Shown: one piece after another, positions 23,502-44,393 of the stretch
How the letters are laid out: every line of letters starts with the position of its first letter
How positions within the stretch are numbered: the stretch's first letter is position 1
NCBI GenBank assembly: GCA_051294375.1
Contig: CM119267.1
Coordinates: 8,274,258 to 8,338,257, forward strand
Direction: 5' to 3'
DNA: 64,000 bases
Source of the DNA: Paraspadella gotoi
Taxonomy: Eukaryota > Animalia > Chaetognatha
The notes under the pieces: generated by a model
The model's database searches: none
Seen by the model: only the letters and a program-made list of their open reading frames with translations
Told to the model about the DNA's origin: nothing
Made by a program: the position numbers and the translations under genes

Positions 23502-25415
23502 TTAATTTCTTTTAATTTCCTTTATGTTCCCCCAAGACTAAAAAAATGCGCGGCATTCATCTCAAACTTAAATCTTGTTTCTTTTCTTTTCCTTCTTTTA
23601 CAATCTACACCTAACCCCTTGTAAAGTGAAAAGTATTCAAAAGGCCTTTTTTTATTTTACTGAAAAATAAATGAAAACATTGAGACTAACTTTTCCGCGT
23701 CCCTCAATCCGACCTGAAAAGCGTCCCCGAGCGTGATCTTTTTGATCTTCTTCACGGTGAATTGGTCGTGAAGGCGAGACTGCGAGAGACCCGAGAGCAG
23801 ACGATCGACCACGCCCACCTCCTCGGAGTCTTCGGAGGAGGCGGTGGACGAGGGGCGCGAGGAAAGAGCACGAGGGGAAGAGGAGGGAGAGGAGGGAGGA
23901 AAGCGCAGGAGATTCCCGAGTCGCGGAAATGTTCCTCTGTTGGCGGGGTGGCGTGGGTGCGGGGGGGGGAGAGATTGTTGGGGGATTAGCTTCAAGTCGT
24001 GGTCATTCAGTTGTAATTTCAAGAATGTTTTAGCTGAAATACATCATTAAGTTAAACAACGAAGAACAATACATCGATTAAAGGCAATATTATTATGGGA
24101 CGTATACTTTTTTCTTTATTTAAAAAGAATATGGTGTTTTAAGCAACCGTAAGATGAAAACGTTTTTTTGTAGACAGAGTTTTGATTTCTTTTGTTTTTT
24201 TCTTTTTATTTTCATGAATTTCTTCATTTTTTTCCCTATTATTTCTTACTGTCAACCTTTTTCGCTTCACTTTAACTTTTTCAAAATCCGTTTCGGTACA
24301 TTCGTCTTGATCTTTTTCACATTTTACAAAGTCGTGAGAAAGGTTGTAACCTTAGCTGAAATCACATTTATTCCGAAAGAAAAAAATCTTTGGCAGCCTT
24401 CTCGATGTAAAACACTTTAAAAAAGTCGAATTAAATTTAAAATCAAACTTTAAACATATGTATATTTCGATTACCTTCGTATCGTAATAACTAATAAGGT
24501 TTTGTAGAAGTTTATTTTATTTTGATTGTAAGTAATTTTTAAAATAGATTAAACTGACCGCGACTTCCGTAGCAGCCGTCCTGTCTTCCCGTTCCGCCAA
24601 CTCACCCTGCCGCTGCTGCCGTCTTCGCGCTGCTTCGGCCTGCTGCTCCCGCGCCTTCCTCCGCCCTTCCGCCTTTTCCTCGGCGCATTTCCGGTCCCGG
24701 TTCTCGGCTTCCGCCGCCTGGAACTTGGCGCCGAAAGCGTGGAAGATCTTGAAGCACTCCTCGAGCTTGAAGGTGGCGGGATCGTCGCAGAGGAATTCGG
24801 CCAAATCGCGACGGAGTTTTTCGATTTCGCCGATGAGCAACGCCATCTCATCGAGTTGGGATTTAGCGTTCTGTTAAATATTACCTTTGTTTAATATTTA
24901 ATAATGCTAACTCGATTTATTGCAAGAGAGAGGACGCTGAACATTTTCTTTTTAATTAAAACGTTAAAACGTTCCTAAATTGTGAGTCGTACAAATCGTT
25001 TCTGAGATTCTCAATCAGTTGGCTTGTGTTTTTTTTTATCCAAATAATCTTGTCCTTTACTTAGATCTTAAGACTTAGCACATCATTCGTTCCGTTTCCT
25101 TTCTTTAAATCCCCTCAAAAAAACTGTGACCGCAAGAAATAGGGTACTTCTCGTCACTAAAACCATCTCTCTCTCTCTCTCTCTCCCTCTCTCTCACCCT
25201 ACATAAGGCAAAATTCTTTTTTTCTTGCGCCATTCCTCGGGTAAGCTCTCGCACCCTACATAATAAAGCCGAGTTGTTTTCCCTGCTCTGTTTTTCCGAT
25301 TGTTTAGCCAGAAAATTACGCGGTATTTCGATGTCCTCGTTCCATTCATTCTCGGCTCTCGCTTCCGTCGAGAGGCGCCAACGCTGTCCCCCATTGAGAC
25401 GAGGGAGGCGACCCA

Positions 25416-25498
<83 letters not shown>

Positions 25499-26904
25499 GC
25501 AGAAAGAAAAAAAAAAGCTCTTGAACTGATTTACTTTTTACTTTCATTTTCTCGTGATCTCGATCTTCGTTGGTTTTGTTGTAGTTCATGTGGTTGTGGA
25601 TAAAAATGTTTGTGGTGGCCTGAGTTGTTCTCTTCGCATTATTCTCTTCGGTCTCACAATTTTCGCTCAATTTTCATGTTTTTCTCTAAAAGTTGTCTTT
25701 TTAAATGATATATCGTTCGTAAGAGAAAGGCCACTTTACATCTCCTGTCGTGTCGACTCCTAAATACTCGCCTTCAAGAAAGACCCGAATCGCGCCTTCA
25801 GCTCTGGCGCCGACTTCCCCAACTCTTCCGTCAAACTTCCGAGTTTCGTGCCCATTGAGCCAACGTCCGAGGTGAGGGACTCCACCGAAGAACTGGTCAT
25901 CGAGGGAGGACAGGGATGTGGGACAGGGATGTGGGACAGGGAAGTGAATATTTTTCTATGATTAAAAAAAAATTTTAACTATTTTTCTCTTTACTTCATA
26001 AGATTTCCAAGACATTTAAAAAAAAATATTTAAAAAGAAAAAAATCCGCTTTTTATAAATTTTCAACTTAATTACAAAGGTTGAATCCATTGTTATTGAT
26101 TACTTTTTTCAGCCGTCGTAGACAAGGCATATCGGACTTATGTAAACTTGTCGTCGTCATTGTCGTCGTGGTGGTAGTTGTCTTGTCTCGCGACTTACCT
26201 GGCGGCGTCTTTGAGGTGAGGCATTTTCTCCACAAAGTTCATCAATTCCGGGTTTTTCTTTTCCACTTGCTAGAAAAGAAAAAGGAAAAAAGGGAAAAGA
26301 ATCAATGTACTGTTGTGCTAGTTGTGGTATGATTATCATGAACATAATTGTATTAACCGAATTGGATAAAGTGATTTTTAAAAGACAAATACAAATAATT
26401 TTACTTTCACTAAAATTTCCTAAGAAACGTTAGACTCACCATGACTACATAATGCATTAGGTTCATCCTGGGTTTGTTGGCCCGAGTGTCACAGAGCTTC
26501 AAAAGGGACTTCATTTGAAACCCGGCGGCGTTGCCAGCGTAGCCGCCCTGCAATAAGGAAATCATCTGGTTGTTAACATCGATTGTTTTCTCGATGATGC
26601 GATAGAAAAGTAGGGCAGGTCATAGCGAGGCTTTTCGTCGGAGGCGGGCGGAGTGGAGTGGGGGAAAGAGAAAGGAAAACAAACCCAAGACACAGACACG
26701 ACTGGTCCGCTTAACTGACGAGCAAATATCGAATTCGTTAAAGAAATAAATTAAAGGAAGACAAAAAAATAAACACACACAAAAAAAAAGGCAATAAAAG
26801 TTTCGCGGATTCCGTGAAATTTCGTGTCCGCGCGGTGGAAAATGAGAAGCATCGTTTGTTACTCGGAGTGAAAATGAATACTCATTCTCCTTCTCTTCCT
26901 CCTC

Positions 26905-26984
<80 letters not shown>

Positions 26985-27114
26985 CTGAAAAATGAGATTG
27001 GTATAAGAGACACAAATGAAGCCGAACGTCAAAGGACGAACGCCGCTTGAAAAATTTTTGGAGGGGAGTGAGCAAATTTGTTTGGCCCCTTGATTAAAGT
27101 TTTTGAAGAAGAGT

Positions 27115-27177
<63 letters not shown>

Positions 27178-27471
27178 AGAGAGAGAGGAGAGAGAGAGAG
27201 AGAAATCCTGTGTGATAAAGACGTAGGGGAGACCTATTTTATTCGCGTTGGCACCCTGACAATTTTGTTAAAGTAAGAGTTTGTAGTAATATATACGTAT
27301 TATATATTATATAAAGAAAAGACACAGAATTTAATTTTTATGTGCGAAAAAGTATTCGGCTCGGTCACATGACGAAGCACAAGTAGGATTCTACCCATAA
27401 AAAACTTATTTCATATGAGTCAGAAGAATTTTTAAAAGAATGAATTAGTATTGCTAAAAGCTGAGAGGGGG

Positions 27472-27502
<31 letters not shown>

Positions 27503-27518
27503 TGAGAGAAGAGAGAGA

Positions 27519-27570
<52 letters not shown>

Positions 27571-29358
27571 GAGAGAGAGAGAGAGAGAGCAGAGAGAGAG
27601 AGAGAGAGGAAAGAGAGAGAGAGAGAAGAGAGAGGAAGAGAGAGAATTTTGTTGAATGGTGTCCAAAATCACTTCGAAAAATAAACAAAGGTTTTTAAAT
27701 TAAAAACAAGATTGGTGCTGATGGGTCGCCTCTTCAAGCGGGAGAAAACAAAACAAATAAACGAAAGAATTACAAAATAAATAAGGTTATTATGAAATAT
27801 ATTAAATACATTATATTAAGTTACAATATTCACTATACAAGATATCGACTTTATCGTCTGAACTTACCGAATTGAGAAAGTTCCCCGCCAGCAGAACGAT
27901 ATAGAGAATGTCATGAAGATCCTTGTTTGATTTGATATCTGAAAGAATCAAAGGAACGAGGGATCTAATTAGTGTCAGGGCCGTTTCTTTGGTGACATCG
28001 ACGCCGCGTGGATGACAGAAGGAATGCACAAGAAAAAGAAAAGAAAAAAGAAAGAAAGAAAAAAGAAAAGACAAGAAAGAAAGAAAGAAAGAAAGAAGAA
28101 AGAAAGAAAGAAAGAAAGAGAAAAAGAAAGAGAAAAAAAAGGTAAAGGAAAAAAAAGGGAAGTTAAAAGGAACGAATTTGAAGAGGGTAATTGGAAGGGC
28201 CTCTTCTTGGAACAACGACATAAGAAAAACACTTTTGAAGCAGAATTACAAGCGGCGTCGGCCTCTCGTGTCTTCTTTCCATTTCGATTCTAAGCCAAAA
28301 AACTTGGAAGACAAAAAAAAAAAAAAAAAAAAAAACTCCGACGAATTTTTTTTTTTTTTTTTTTTTTGTCTTCGAAATATATACATTGTTGTCCAACCTG
28401 GGGAAGACACCTGAGTATTTAACCGAGGAATGTGTCGTTCTCCAAGAGTGGAAATAACCAGTTAGAAACCGTTTATATTGATAAACTGGTTAAAAATCTA
28501 AATCATCCTAATCGGGCGAACGCGATCGAGGCGAAACCCGTTCATCTCACTCACCGCCAATCGCTGAGTGAAACCACCCACGCAGAAGCGAGCAGACGAA
28601 TCTGTGAGAGATTTTCACACAATTTTTGTTTAATGAATTCGTCTATTTAATCTTTTTTTTTTTTTGAATATTTTCAAAGAAAAGATGGCAGTTGTAGGTG
28701 AAATTTGTGGTTCGTTTTAAGATGAATTTGGAATTGTCAAAGGAAGGGGTTTTTTTTTAGAAATACATTTGTGGGTTTTTCTCCGTGGAATTAAATTCTG
28801 CCGTAACGAATTAATTAGCTATAACTGAATTTATAAACCAAAATCTATGTTTTTTTTTTATATCAAACAAACGAGAGTTCAGCCGCCGACTGTGATTTAA
28901 GGTTATTAAATATACGCGCAAATTTTTTTTTTAACCTCCGAAAATTGGGGCAATGAAAAACCCGGAGTGGGGGAAAAATAATCCTCTAAGGAGGTTCGCT
29001 CCCCCCCTCCTTTCCATCCGTGAGTCACGGGTCGCAGCCTTGGCGTCATTTTTTGGTGATAACCTCACCTTGGACCGAACGAGGGGACGCGGTCGTGGTG
29101 GGGGGAAAAGCTGAGGGTGAGGTGTAGTTTGCATTTTTGGTTAAAGGGACGCTGCGATTGTATGTTTTTATAAACGTGTAGCAAACAATAAACAGAGGGA
29201 AAGCTAAAGGTTGAAAACCGCTTCCAAATGTAACCCTTTTTTTTTGTTTAGAGAGTCTTTTGTTTAGTGAAAAGTAAGTTATTTATTTTTTAGTTAAGCG
29301 CAGAGCTTTGCGGAGACAGTTTGAAAACTTAAATCAAGCCAAAAACAACATTGTATTT

Positions 29359-29413
<55 letters not shown>

Positions 29414-31786
29414 CCTCTCTCTCCATCTGCGAAGTTGACAAACTAACGACGCCATTCCCGGGTTTTCTCCGATGAATCATCAAACACGGGGAAGGGGAAC
29501 TCGATGAGGACGGAGGGGGAATGGGGGGGAAGTACAGGGGTTAGGGGGAAAAGGGGAAATAGGGGTGAGGGGAAATGGGAGATGGAGAATGGGAAAGAAA
29601 AGGGGAGAAGGGAGAGAGGGGAGTTAAGAATCGGGGACGCGTCTGAAACGAGGGAGAAGGACGATGTGGGACGAAAAGAAGCGCTGAGGCTTGGTTAATG
29701 GTTATAAAAAAGAAATTTGGTCAATGTATGAATTGAAGAGGGATGGAGGTGAAAGGGGGTAAGAAATAAAAGAGAACAGAAGTTAAAAAGTGTGAGCAAT
29801 GAGAGGCGTGGGCCGTGGGTGCAAATCAATATTTAGAGAATAAAAATAAAAAATTTTGATCTCACAAAACACGTTTTTAAAAGTTTTTAATTTTTTTTTT
29901 TAATCTTGATAAGTGTTTTATTTACGTGTCTTTTCTTTTTTAACCTGCATCGCCACACGATTAATATTCACAAAAAGGCACTAATTAGATGAACATTACT
30001 TTGAATTCCAGACTGTTTTTTAAATTTTGAAGTTGAAAATAAGATAACTTAAAGGCTTATTTTTCTCGCCAAGTAAAATGATGATACAAAACAAAATGAA
30101 CGACTCTAAACCAAAGCTGTAAACCGCGAATCGACCAACACTTTAGCCACAACATACCACAACAATTAACAACAAGGCGACTTAAAGCACAGTCTCAGAC
30201 CCACAGATTCGAGTCGCGCTCTTTTTCTTTGAAGAGGTCTTTTCTCAACGGAACTCCAATTAAAGCTATGTTTTGGATTTCGTGTCGTTTCTCCCCGACG
30301 CCTCCTCATTTAGGGAGAAAAAAAAAATCGGGTTGGACTGTGCGTGAGGTTTTTCGGCCGGAACCAGAGGTGAACCAAGAATGAGACCCAACGCCCGTGT
30401 CCTTGGCTGTGCGGGTATTGTTTTTTTATCAATAGATCTTTTTCACTTTGTCTCTAAGGCATCCGCTTTCTTTCGGTCGTCTTTTTGTGAAAAAAAGGAG
30501 AAACTCGTAGTTAAAACAGGAGAGAAAAAAAATTTGTCACACCGAAAACTAAATTCACAGGCCAAATTCTAACCCTTGTGAGGGAGAAAGAATCTTCATT
30601 GAATTTTTAGAGGAATGAAACTGCAGCTCATTGCAAGACCTTTGATCGAGATACTCAGCAGTCTGCTTCCCCTTGTGGCAGGAGAGAAAACGGGAGAGAG
30701 AGAGAGAGAGAGAGACGAGAGAGAGAAGAGAGAAGAGAGAGGGAGCAGAGAGATGAGACGAGACGGAGAGGAGAAGAAAGAGAAGAGAGATATTTTAACT
30801 TCCTTGTCCGACTCCCATTTCTAATTCTCTAAACCAAAAAAACCGTTGATGTTTTTTCCACAAAGGGTCACGTGACCGGGGCATCTCTCACGGTTCGAAG
30901 GGGCGCGAAAACGTGCAGGCGCGACTCTAAATGACTCCTTTTGTCTCCCGTTCGGTTTTCGGCGCGCCTATTTTGGAGCGTAGAGCGGAGAGGAGAGAGG
31001 AGAGAGATGAGAGGTAGAGAGAGAGGAGAAGAGACGAGACCGAGAGAAGAAGAGAGGAGAGAGAGGAGGAGAGAGGAGAACGCGGTAAACAAAAAACCAA
31101 AGAACAAATGAAGTTAAACCAAAAAATAATAAAAAAATAATTGTTAGAACAACAGAAAAAGTTTTTTTCTTCAAGTTTTAAGTGGAACATATAAAGTTTG
31201 GGAAAGTTGGGGATAATCCATGTGCGGGCTATCAAACCTCAACCGCCGATGCTGGGAGGAGGGAGGGGCGGAAGTAGAGAAGAGAGAAGAGAGAGAGAAG
31301 ACGAGAGAAGAGAAGAGAGAGAGAGAGAGAGAGAGAGAAAGAAGAGAGAGAGAGAGAGAGGAGTGAGAGGAGAGAGAGAGAGAGGAACTCCTGAGTACCG
31401 GTTTTCTTCTCACGTTTAAGCACAACGAGAAGGAATAAAAATATTAAACAGATAGGACGAGAGAGCCTGCAATGTAAAAAAACAAGAGTAGTTTACGGCG
31501 GGGAGATTAGACCACGGGAAACCGAAACTCCAACGTTAGCCTTATTTTTAAGAAACCATAGACAATAAAAATCTTCGGTGCCTAAAAGAAAAAAAACTTG
31601 AGAACCTGTGAAAGGAAAAAAGCATCACAATTTCGCGACCCCGGTTTACCCTCAAATAATCTCCTTGTGGCATTTTTAAAAGACACTAGAATAAAATTTT
31701 AACGGGGAGAGAGAGTGTGAGAGAAAAAAAAGAAGAAAAAGAGGGAGGAGGGGAGAGAGAGAAGAGACGAGAGAGAGCATAGAGAC

Positions 31787-31823
<37 letters not shown>

Positions 31824-31844
31824 GAGAGAGAGGAATAGAGAGAG

Positions 31845-31886
<42 letters not shown>

Positions 31887-32533
31887 GCCAGTCTCTTCTC
31901 AGGTTGTCTTTTAATACAGGTCAGATAGAAAGAGAGAGATAGAGATATTAGAAAAAAGGGAAAGAGAGAGAGAAAAACACAGAGTAAGGAAAAAATGAAA
32001 GGGCAGAAAGCAGAGAGAGAGAGAGAGACAATTTTTCTGACTAGCAATTTTCTAAAAAGGACGGAGCTTTGCTTCTTAAATCCTTCTCGTCAATCATCGG
32101 AAAATTGAATACAAAGTAAAAAGCGGCGAATATAACCAATCCTTCCTTAAAAAAAAAACAAAAGAAAGAAAAAAATAATGCAATGGGGAGAAAGGATGAA
32201 AAAAAAATCTCGGAAAAAAAAGAAAAAGAAAATATTGAAAATGAAAAAGAAAAATGTTTAGAAAATCCGGAAGCCGCGAAAGTTTCCTTCTCTCCTCTAA
32301 TTTTATCACATTTAATTTCATAGTATTTTTTTTTCATTTAAATTTCTTTTACTTCTTTACAATAGCCCTCTGAGTCCGTTAGCAAATCTCGACCGCCTAA
32401 CGTTTGTCGGAGTTTAGGTGGACTCTGTGGTTAGACGCCTCACTTTCATCTCCGTCCTTAAAATTCACTTTTCTTATTCCCGATTTTTCCTCTTTCAAAA
32501 AGGGTTTTAGGGAGAGGGAGAGGGAGAGATGAA

Positions 32534-32590
<57 letters not shown>

Positions 32591-32872
32591 AGATGAGAAG
32601 AGAGAGAGAGAGAGAGTGAGAGAGAGAGCTAGAATTTCATCAATTACAAAAACACGGAAAAAAGGAAAGCAAGAAAAAAAATTGTTGAAAAAAGTGGAAT
32701 GAAGAGAAATTCCAAGTCGAGGTCAGCTTCGTGAAAATTCCATAGGATTCATACGCTGAGATTTTGACAGTATATAAGTCTTTGCAGAGACCCCTTAATC
32801 AGGGGAACGATAATGAAAGAGAGAGAGAGAGAGAGGAGAGAAAGAGAGGAGAGAGAGAGAGAGAGGGGAGAG

Positions 32873-32903
<31 letters not shown>

Positions 32904-32954
32904 GTAATAAAATGAACGAAAGAAGAAAGAAAAAAGAAAGAAAGAAAGAAAATA

Positions 32955-33010
<56 letters not shown>

Positions 33011-33451
33011 AAACACAATCATGCGAAAGAAAAACAAGAATATTGAAGAAAATAGAAACAAAGACGACACCAAAGGATCGATTGTGCTCCTTTAATTTTT
33101 CTTGACGTCCGTACCCTTCATAAAATTGGAGATTTAAGTTTTGTTTTTTTTTAAAAATTAAAAGAAAATTGAAGAAAGAAAAAATTTTATAAAGTAGAAG
33201 TGATAATGAACGAAATTAAAAAGGCAAAGATTTACCAAGTAAAAAGATGCCAAACGTGCAGAAATCAAATAGTTAGTTTTTTTATTTATTAGTTTGTTTT
33301 TTAGTTAATTATTAATTGTAAAATAGTTTTATATTGATTAAGTTTTCTCACCTTTCGCGGGCGGCCGATGGCGCTTTGATGGCGGGTTTGATGTATTCCA
33401 CGTTGACGGCGAATTCTCTCTCATCAGGAGGCATTCGATCCGGATGCGGTA
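17443..33451 (-). CDS. FHDC1: FH2-domain formin of the FHDC1/INF1/Form3 (inverted formin) type, 3' part; FH1 and the N-terminal FH2 exons were not found in the window
   Basis: FH2 exons: 33351-33451 ([12 protein letters not shown].., indels), 27868-27938 ([24 protein letters not shown]), 26440-26547 ([36 protein letters not shown]), 26199-26269, 25772-25892 and 24606-24870 ([21 protein letters not shown]). These are followed by 23714-23829 and about ten S/T/P/R-rich exons between about 22434 and the stop at 17443. Confidence 0.85.
17586..19010 (-). CDS. Large penultimate formin exon, Ser/Thr/Arg-rich disordered tail (5' part probably frameshifted)
   Basis: ORF 17582..18865 ends [22 protein letters not shown]|gtgag and splices in phase to a last exon ending PRKPVDV* at 17443. 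Confidence 0.7.
23426..23502 (+). repeat. (TTTC)n microsatellite
   Basis: Perfect tttc tandem array. Confidence 0.95.
25419..25495 (+). repeat. (TC)n microsatellite, representative of dozens of (GA)n/(TC)n tracts from 25 to 62 kb
   Basis: Perfect tc array. Similar tracts at about 26900, 27115, 27465, 29360, 31270, 31750 and 32520 and in the duplicated blocks. Confidence 0.95.
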
Positions 33452-33521
33452 ACTGGGGGTGGGGTGTGGAAAGGGGGAGGGGTGGAAAGGGTGGGGNNNN
33501 NNNNNNNNNNNNNNNNNNNNN

Positions 33522-40590
<7,069 letters not shown>

Positions 40591-43500
40591 TCATCGTTCT
40601 TTCTATTTTTTAATGTGTAAAAAGAATAGTTGTTATAGAGAGAAATAGCATCATTATAGTTAAAGCATACCGAAAGAAGCAAGTACATCGATTAAAGGCA
40701 ATTTATTATGGGACGTATACTTTTTTTCATTTATTTAAAAGAATATAGGTGTTTTTAAGGAAGCAACCCGTAAGATGAAAACGTTTTTTTGGTAGACAGA
40801 GTTTTGATTTCTTTGTTTTTTTCTTTTATTTCATGAATTTCTTCATTTTTTTCCCTTATTTCCTTACTCGGTCCAACCACTTTTTGCTTCACTTTAAATT
40901 TTTCAAAATGTCCGTTTTCGGTAGCATTCGTCTTGATCTTTTTGCAGCATTTACTAAGTCGTGAGAAAGGTTGTACACCGTTAAGCTGAAATCACATTTA
41001 TTTCGAAGGAAAAAAATCTTTGGCAGCCTTCTGATGTAAAACTTAAAAAACAGTCGAATTAAATTTAATAATCAAACTTATAACATACTGTAATATTTCG
41101 ATTACCCTTTCGTATCTGTAATAAACTAATTAAGGTTTTGTAGAAGTTTATTTTTATTTTGAATTGTAAGTAATATTTTAAAACATAGATTATAAGCTGA
41201 CGCGGCAACTTCCGTAGCGCCGTCCTGTCTCCCGTTCGCGCCAAACTCACCTGCGCGCATGCTGCCGTCTTCGCGCTGGCTTCGGCTGCTGCTCCGGCTT
41301 CCTCCCGCCCTTCCGCCTTTTCCTCGGCGCATTTCCGGTCGCGGTTTCTCGGCTTCCGCCCCTGAACTTGGCGGGGCCGAAAGCGTGGAAGATCTTGGAA
41401 GGGCACTCCCTCGAGCTTGAGAGGTGCGGGATCGTCGGCAGAGGAATTCGGCCAAATCGGCGACGGAAGTTTTTCAGAATTTTCGCCGATGAGCACGCCA
41501 TCATCATAAGAGTTGGGATTCTAGCGTTCTGTCAAATATTCACCTTTGTTTAATATTAGATAATGCTAACGTCGATTTATGCAAGAGAGAGGACGCTGAA
41601 CATTTTCTTTTTAATTCAAAACGTTAAATCTACGTTCCTGAAAGTCTGTGGTCGTACAAAATTCGTTTCCTGAGATTCTCAATCAGTTGGCTGTGTTTTT
41701 TTTTTATCCAATATAATCTTGTCCTTTTATTAGATCTTAAGATTAGCTAATCAATTCGTTCGTTTCTTTCTTTAAATCCCCTCAAAAAAACTGTGACGCA
41801 AGAAATAGGTACTTCTGCGTCACTAAAAGCCATCTCTCTCTCTCTGCTCTCTCTCACTCTCTCTTCCACCCTACAGTAAGCGCTAGAATTCTTTTTTATG
41901 CTTGCGCGCATTCCTGCGGGTAATAGCTCTCTGCACGTACATAATAAGACCATTGTTTTCGGCCTGACTCTTTTTTCCTGATTTTTAGCCAGAACAAGAT
42001 AGAGCGGTATTTCGATGTCCTCGTTGCCCATTTCAATCTCGCGGCTCTCGCTTCCGTCGAGAGGCGCCAACGCTGGATCACCCACTTGAGACGAGGGAGG
42101 ACGACCCACTTCTCTCTCTCTCTCTCTCTCTCGTTTCTCTCTCTTCTCTTCTCTCTCTCTCTCTCTCGCCTCTCTCTCATCTCGTCTCATCTCTGCTCTC
42201 TCTCTCATCTCCTCTCTTTTTTTGCAGAAAGAAAACAAAAAGCTCTTGAAGCTGATTCTACTTTTTACTTTCATTTTCTCGTGATCCTTCGATCTTCGTG
42301 TGTTTGTTGTTGTAGTTCATTGGTGGTTGTGGATAAAAATGTCTTGTGGTGGCTGAGTTGTTTCATTCCGATAATTCTCTTCGTCTCACAATATTTGCGC
42401 TCAATTTTCATGTTTTTTCTCTAAAAGTTGTCTATTTTAAATGATATAGCTTCGTTCGTAGCAGGAAAGGCCCACTTTACAATTCTCTGTTCGTGTCGAC
42501 TCCTTAATATACGCCTTCAAGAAAGACGCCGAATCGCGCCTCGTCAGCCTCCCGGGGGGGGGGGCGGGGGGGGGGGGGGGGGGGGGGGGGGAGGGTGCGC
42601 CGCACTTCCCAAGCTCTTCCGTCAAACTTCCGAGTTTCCGTGCCATTGAGCCAACGTCCGAGGTGATGGGACTTCCACCGAAGAGACTGGTCATCGAGCG
42701 GAGGAACAGGGATGTGGGACAGGGGATAGCTGGGTCAGGAAGTGAATATTTTTCTAAATGATTAAAAAAAAATTTTTTAACTATTTTTCTCTTTACTTCA
42801 TAAGATTTCGCAAGACATTTAAAAAAAATATTAAAAAGAAAAAAATCCGCTTTTAATAAATTTTCAAACTTAATTAGAAAGGTTGAACTTGTTATTGATC
42901 ATACTTTTTCAGCGTCGTAGACAAGGCATATCGGACTTATGTCAACCTTGTCGTCGTCATTGTCACGTCGTGGTGGTAGTTGTCTTGTCTCGCGACTTAC
43001 CTGGCGGCGTCTTGAGGTGAGGCATTTTCCGCCACAAGTTTCATCAATCCGGGTTTTTCTTTTCGCACTTGCTAGAAAAAGAAAAGGAAAAAGCCAGGGA
43101 AATAGAATCAATGTACTGTTTGGCTAGTTGTGGTATGATTATTCATCGAACATAAATTGTATTAACCGAATTGGATTGAAAGTGATTTTTAAACAGACAA
43201 TGACAAATAATTTTACTTTCAGCTAAAATTTCCTAAGAAAGCGTTAGACTCACCATCATGACGTAACTAATGCATTAGGTTTACAATCCTGGGTTGTTGG
43301 CCGAAGTGTCAGCAGAAGCTTCAAAAGGGACTTCATTTGAAACCCGGGCGGCGTTGCCAGCGTAGCCGCCCTGCATAGGAGAAGTCATTCTGATTGTTAA
43401 ACATCGCATGTGTTTTTTTTCTCGATGATGCATAATGAAAAAGTAGGGCAGGTCCTAGCGAGGCTTTTTCGTCGAAAGGCGGGGCGAAGTGGAGTGGGAA

Positions 43501-43953
43501 AGAGAAAGAAACAAACCCAAGACACCAACACGCACATGGTCCGCTTAACTGACGAGCAAATATCAGAATTCGTTTTAAAGAAATAAATTAAAGGAAGACA
43601 AAAAAATAAACACACACAAAAAAAAGGAATAAAAGTTTCGCGAATTCGTGAAATTTCGTGTCCGCTGCGTGGAAAATGAGAAGGCATCCGTTTGTTACTC
43701 GGGTGAAAAGATACTCATTCTCCTGCTCTCATCACTTTGCTCTCTCTCTCTCTCTCTCGCTCTCTCTCATCTCTGCTCTCTCTCTCTTCTCATCTCTCCT
43801 ATCTTCTCTCTCTCTCTCTCTTGAAAATGAGATTGATAAAAGAGACAAATGAAGCCGAACGTCAAATGGACGAACGCCCGCTTGAAAATTTTTTGGAGGG
43901 AAGTGAGCAACTTTGTTTGGAGTACCCCTTGTTAAAGCTTTTTGAGACAGAGT

Positions 43954-44039
<86 letters not shown>

Positions 44040-44350
44040 GAAGAGAGAGAGAGGGAATCGTTGTGTAAAGACGCTAGGGGAGACCTATTTTATTTCAACG
44101 GCGTTGGCACCCCTGATCGAATTTTGTTGAAAGTTAGAGTTGTCAGTAATCAGTATCGTAATATATATATATAAAGAACAGACGACACAGAATTTAGATT
44201 TATTGGCGAAAAAGTATCTCGCTCGGTACATGACGAGCAGCAAGTAGGATTCTACCCATAAAAAAACACTATTTCATAGGTTCAGTAAGAATTTTAAAAG
44301 ATGAATTAGTATGATTTGCTAAAAAAGCTTGAGAGAGAAAGAGAGAGAGG

Positions 44351-44393
<43 letters not shown>

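Noticed and set aside
25906-25945. 13-bp tandem repeat gggacagggatgt next to a formin acceptor
   Set aside because: Only three units, forming part of the pyrimidine-rich acceptor region. No evidence of a separate function.
28555-28601. Possible extra formin exon (cag|attcgtctg...ggcg|gtgagt)
   Set aside because: Splice-like ends, but the peptide does not fit FH2 and the flanking exons already give a continuous FH2 sequence.
42550-42596. Poly-proline (FH1-like) stretch PPPPPPPPAPPP in ORF 42437..42694
   Set aside because: It comes from a poly-G run inserted into a noisy duplicate of exon 25772-25892. The cleaner copy lacks it, and FH1 would not lie inside FH2.
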